From assembly GCA_964549505.1 (NCBI GenBank), contig CAZJVD010000004.1, positions 102,545 through 166,544 on the forward strand: a DNA stretch of 64,000 nucleotides, given 5' to 3'. The notes below the pieces were generated by a model. That model did not search any database. It was not told the origin of the DNA and saw only the letters and a program-made list of their open reading frames with translations. The position numbers were made by a program, and so were the translations under genes. Of this stretch, positions 60,389-64,000 are shown in pieces; the stretch's first letter is position 1; every line of letters starts with the position of its first letter. The stretch comes from an uncultured Oligoflexia bacterium (lineage in GTDB: Bacteria > Bdellovibrionota > UBA1018 > CAZJVD01).

Positions 60389-61194
60389 GCAGCAAGACGC
60401 GCTGTCTTATCGCGATCGTCGTGCAACGGATTCAACTCAAACACTCCGAGCGAACAGACTTTCCTCGAGTGGCCAGCCAGCTCTAGAAACTCAAAGATCT
60501 CCGACGGTGAAAACCCTTCAGGCACCGGAGCCGACACGCCCGGTGCGTACGCTTCACTGACCGAATCCAGATCAAAACTGATTACAATCTGATCGCAGCG
60601 CTTCTCGAGCGCACGAAGCACTTTCGAAAATACTTTTGCTTTTGGCAGATGACGAAGCTCTGAAAAAAGATAGGTCGGTATCTTTTTCTTCCGAGCGTAT
60701 TCCCAGAGCGCCGGAGAGTTACACTGTTCCTGAACACCGAATTCGACGAGATTCTCCGGTGCGACGATTCCTCGTTCGATCGCGAGATAGAAGGGTGACC
60801 CACTGGTGATGACAGGGCGATCGGGACGGAGGTCAAGATGTGCGTCCAAGTTGATGCAACCGAGTCGTTTCGGCTTGAGAGCTTCGAACACCCCTCGGAG
60901 CTGTGAAAAACCGTGATCGTGTCCACCACCGATGACGATGGTCGTTCCGGCCTCATTCTGTGCATGACACACCGTGGTTGCGGCGCGGTCGTGATTGAGT
61001 TGGATGTTTTCGTTCTCGACATCAATGTCCTGATCGAACAGAGAGCCTTCACGGATTTCGCCTATTCCACTGAGACGCGCAAAGGCCGCACGGAACGCTG
61101 CCGGGCCGAACGCAGCACCGAGTCGGCCTCCAACTCCGGCCACACCCGCTTGGTCGGGGATTCCCACTAATGCCCATTTGCAACGCCGCTTCAT
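60343..61194 (-). CDS. Arginase/agmatinase/formiminoglutamase-family hydrolase
   Basis: 'GGGHDHG' and 'DAHLDLR' Mn-binding motifs and 'SFDLDSV'. Start trimmed to 'MKRRCKWALVGIP'. Confidence 0.75.
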   Translation of the reverse strand: MKRRCKWALVGIPDQAGVAGVGGRLGAAFGPAAFRAAFARLSGIGEIREGSLFDQDIDVENENIQLNHDRAATTVCHAQNEAGTTIVIGGGHDHGFSQLRGVFEALKPKRLGCINLDAHLDLRPDRPVITSGSPFYLAIERGIVAPENLVEFGVQEQCNSPALWEYARKKKIPTYLFSELRHLPKAKVFSKVLRALEKRCDQIVISFDLDSVSEAYAPGVSAPVPEGFSPSEIFEFLELAGHSRKVCSLGVFELNPLHDDRDKTARLAAHAVARFLGSRFLDW

Positions 61195-61241
61195 TTTGCT
61201 TAAACTTGTATGAATCAAGGTTTTTGAGATTCTGAGATTCG

Positions 61242-62861
61242 ATGAACAACCTAAACGATAAAATCTGGTTCGTCTACATGGGCGACCATCATGAGGGACC
61301 TGTTTCGCTGCTCGATCTGCGTAGTCGGCTCGAGAGCAATCAGATTTCGGTCGCACACTACGTTTGGCGCGAGGGCATGGACGATTGGAAAGCCATGACC
61401 GAAGTCGCGGAGTGTTCGCAGATCATGGCTCAGGCTCCAGCCTCTGTTCCGTCGATTCATCTCCCCGCACAGACCAACACCCAGCTTTCGTTTACGGCGA
61501 CGGGCACTGGGACAGGTACAGCAACGCAAGAAATTCCGGTTGAGCATTTGGCAATTCAAGAAAAACCACCGTCTCTTGAAGTACCCCACGAGGGAATGCC
61601 GACGGGATCCGTCGCATTCGAATCCGGGCCCGATGTCGAGATTCCGACGGAACTCACACCGGAGCCACAGTCGCGATCGCTTTCGGGCATTGCCAACGTC
61701 AAGGTTGAAGTCGAAGTCGAATCGCCAAGCCAACCGACGATCGTCAGTGACAACAGTTTTCGTGGTGTTTCGTTAAAACCGCCGATTGGACTGATCACAC
61801 TCGTTGCGTTGCTCGGAATATTGGGGTGGGTGATCCACAAGGGCATGTTACCGACGTCCTCGATCTCGATGTTGCGCGCGATTCCGGGGATTGGCAGTTT
61901 GTTCTCGACCTTGCCTGAGATTCCCGACATCAATCCGCAAGATCGTCAGAGTCTCGAGGCCGCGGCTTCGTCCTCGACCGAAGCGCCGCGAGCGGCCTTT
62001 GCGCTCTCGACTCAGAGCCCGGAAACACCGTCGTTTCATATCGCCAGCAATCTTCCCGACGGAACTGGTTTTGAGATCGTGGCGGTGGGAAAGACGGGAA
62101 CGCTTCTCAATCAGTTCGAGTATCAGGCCTCCACGCGTGGGACTCTACAAAAACATTACGTGAAAACCGTGGCTTTGCGCGGTCGCAGTCCGCTTCCGCG
62201 TGGCGAATATACGGTCTATCTTTACGAATCAAAACTCCAGCCACCCGAGACGATGACTCTTTTGCAGAAGGTAAAAGAACAACGAATCAAACTCCCTGAT
62301 GCCATTGCCCCTGGACGCAAGATCATCGAAGTGAAAACGCTTTTCTTGGGGGGAGCCAAAGACGCGTCTTACCTGGGGCGTCTCAATACATTTCATAAGA
62401 AACTTCAGGACCGAGCGAAGAAGGAGTTGGACGACCTTCGCAACTTCTACGCGATTTTGCGGAGCCAGCTCGATGCCACGTCGAAAGCGTATTCGAGCAT
62501 TTTGAAAAACAAGACAGCGAAGAAGCGCGCCAGCGAGTGGAGTCGGTTTTCGGGTAAGTGGAGTGCGCTCGATCGCGAAGTGTTGAGTCGTGTGAACAAG
62601 TGGACTCCACAGTTTCTCGAACGAGGCTTTTTTTATGGGCCTCTTTTCGAGATGACGCGTCTGTCAGCACAGTCCGTATCCCGGGTTCACCACGTTCAGA
62701 CACCGTTGATTCAGGCAAAAAAAGTTTCACGGGCGCAAGCGCAGGACATGGACGCAACAGAATCCACATCGCGCGACGCACTCGAACGCTTGCGAGCAAG
62801 GATTGATGAGACGTCAAAGCTTTCTTTGACAGAAACTGGGATGCCTCAGAGAATTCGATAG
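61242..62861 (+). CDS. DUF4339 (GYF-like) N-terminal domain protein, otherwise hypothetical
   Basis: 'WFVYMGDHHEGPVSLLDLRSRLESNQISVAHYVWREGMDDWKAM' matches the DUF4339 signature. One TM segment near residue 190. Confidence 0.5.
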   Translation: MNNLNDKIWFVYMGDHHEGPVSLLDLRSRLESNQISVAHYVWREGMDDWKAMTEVAECSQIMAQAPASVPSIHLPAQTNTQLSFTATGTGTGTATQEIPVEHLAIQEKPPSLEVPHEGMPTGSVAFESGPDVEIPTELTPEPQSRSLSGIANVKVEVEVESPSQPTIVSDNSFRGVSLKPPIGLITLVALLGILGWVIHKGMLPTSSISMLRAIPGIGSLFSTLPEIPDINPQDRQSLEAAASSSTEAPRAAFALSTQSPETPSFHIASNLPDGTGFEIVAVGKTGTLLNQFEYQASTRGTLQKHYVKTVALRGRSPLPRGEYTVYLYESKLQPPETMTLLQKVKEQRIKLPDAIAPGRKIIEVKTLFLGGAKDASYLGRLNTFHKKLQDRAKKELDDLRNFYAILRSQLDATSKAYSSILKNKTAKKRASEWSRFSGKWSALDREVLSRVNKWTPQFLERGFFYGPLFEMTRLSAQSVSRVHHVQTPLIQAKKVSRAQAQDMDATESTSRDALERLRARIDETSKLSLTETGMPQRIR

Positions 62862-62869
62862 GAGACTTC

Positions 62870-63292
62870 ATGGCAAAAGTGGCTGCAAAATTTGGCGGAT
62901 CCGAGAAACGTCAGTCGGCACGTCGACCGATTCTGGACACGTTTTCCGTGTCGGTGGTCGTTCCTAAAAAGGGTGATTTTCGCTTACCGCTGCACGACCT
63001 GAGCGAACTCGGTCTTGGCTTCGATCTCGACATGGGTGGGGAAAGCCTGGCGGACTATCCGATTCGTGAAGGCGAGAATCTTGATGTTCAGATCTATCTG
63101 AACCAGTCCTTGGCGATTCCTGTCGTCGTGACCGTCGTGCGCTTGACTACCGCCAAAAGCGACGAAGGCGAGGTTCGCCGTATTGGCGCTAAGTTTCATG
63201 AGCGCTCGAAGGGGCTTCCGGCCGTACAGGCCTTTGTGAACTTTCTGGATCGCGTTGTAGAGTCCGGCGCCGTCAAAAAACGAACGGGCTAG
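62870..63292 (+). CDS. PilZ-domain protein
   Basis: 'RQSARRPIL' (RxxxR) and 'DLSELGLGF' (DxSxxG) c-di-GMP-binding motifs. Confidence 0.65.
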   Translation: MAKVAAKFGGSEKRQSARRPILDTFSVSVVVPKKGDFRLPLHDLSELGLGFDLDMGGESLADYPIREGENLDVQIYLNQSLAIPVVVTVVRLTTAKSDEGEVRRIGAKFHERSKGLPAVQAFVNFLDRVVESGAVKKRTG

Positions 63293-63364
63293 TTTTGCCC
63301 GTTGAGCTTTCTTCGGGTCCTTCCGAAGCGTTGGTTGAAGTAACGAACGCCTTTTGGAGGATTC

Positions 63365-63871
63365 ATGGCCAGGGATTCAGGAAGATCAAAGTCGCGGTCG
63401 GAGACCACAGACTCAACAAAAAACAACGACGTCATCGACTTCAGCGAAGTTCGCGCTAAGAAGCTCGAAGAAAAACGCCGCAACACGAGCCGCGTTCTTT
63501 TTAAACAAATTTTGGGTATCTATACCGTAACGGGCGAATCGCAAATGCGCTCTCTTGAACTGATCGATGTCAGTGAGGACGGCTGCTCGTTTCAAGTTCC
63601 GTTCGATGCTCAGAACCCATGGCCGACGGATCTGAAAGAAATTCCGATTCGCATGTACTTCAGTCAAGACACGTACTTGCCGTTGCAGTTGCGGATTCAG
63701 AACTCGCGTCCGTCCATCGAAAACGGGATTCGTTATATCCGGTATGGTTGTGCGATCGATCCGACGTTTAAGAGCTACGAAGCTTTTCGCCAGTTTGTTC
63801 GCTTTTTAAGAGTGTACTCTGAGCACGCTCATCAAGACTTGGGCGGCGATCACACACTCTTCTATCTCTAA
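63365..63871 (+). CDS. PilZ-domain protein (second, tandem)
   Basis: 'EKRRNTSRV' and 'DVSEDGCSF' motifs at PilZ-like spacing. Confidence 0.5.
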   Translation: MARDSGRSKSRSETTDSTKNNDVIDFSEVRAKKLEEKRRNTSRVLFKQILGIYTVTGESQMRSLELIDVSEDGCSFQVPFDAQNPWPTDLKEIPIRMYFSQDTYLPLQLRIQNSRPSIENGIRYIRYGCAIDPTFKSYEAFRQFVRFLRVYSEHAHQDLGGDHTLFYL

Positions 63872-64000
63872 AGCGTTAGTAATCCGCCTCAGCCTCTCGA
63901 GCAGTCTCGAGAACCAGATCAGCATTCTCCCCGGTAGGATATTCGGTAGGGCTTTCTAAGCTGGGTGGTGATCGATCGATGGGACGGTCGTCTGCGAGAG

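Overview
This 64-kb window comes from a moderately GC-rich bacterial chromosome. From the gene content alone (many secreted and lipoprotein genes, type IV pilin-like and PilZ proteins, NHL and beta-propeller proteins, a patatin lipase) I would guess a Bdellovibrio-like or other deltaproteobacterial-type organism, but that is a guess. No database search or folding tool was available, so every call rests on recognised motifs and gene-order logic.

The window contains three kinds of region:
- Housekeeping blocks: rho, rpmE, prfA, prmC, murA; then a BioF-like alpha-oxoamine synthase with a 'BioF2-like' acyltransferase; then grx, ruvC, ruvA, ruvB, lpxC and a methyltransferase. Further on come acs, dps, ahpD and ahpC divergent from oxyR, followed by ligA, radA, glpK and an arginase-family enzyme.
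- Accessory region 1, right after tRNA-Pro(GGG): a RelE/HigB-HigA-type toxin-antitoxin pair lies between two 176-bp direct repeats that each end in a copy of the tRNA 3' end. Downstream is an island with two paralogous secreted proteins of unknown function.
- Accessory region 2, around tRNA-Ser(GGA) (about 27 to 37 kb): an ArsC/LMW-PTP domain fused in frame to a signal-peptide Cys-rich protein, a translationally coupled TPR plus coiled-coil secreted pair, a tRNA-adjacent putative toxin-antitoxin pair, and a run of small Cys-rich secreted proteins ending in a matrixin-like protease.

The most system-like candidate I see is a two-gene operon of a patatin-like phospholipase and a Pif1/RecD-like P-loop helicase (47.1 to 49.7 kb) with a divergent HTH gene. 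I rank the tRNA-Pro repeat/toxin-antitoxin/secreted-paralog island second. Neither can be confirmed from sequence alone.
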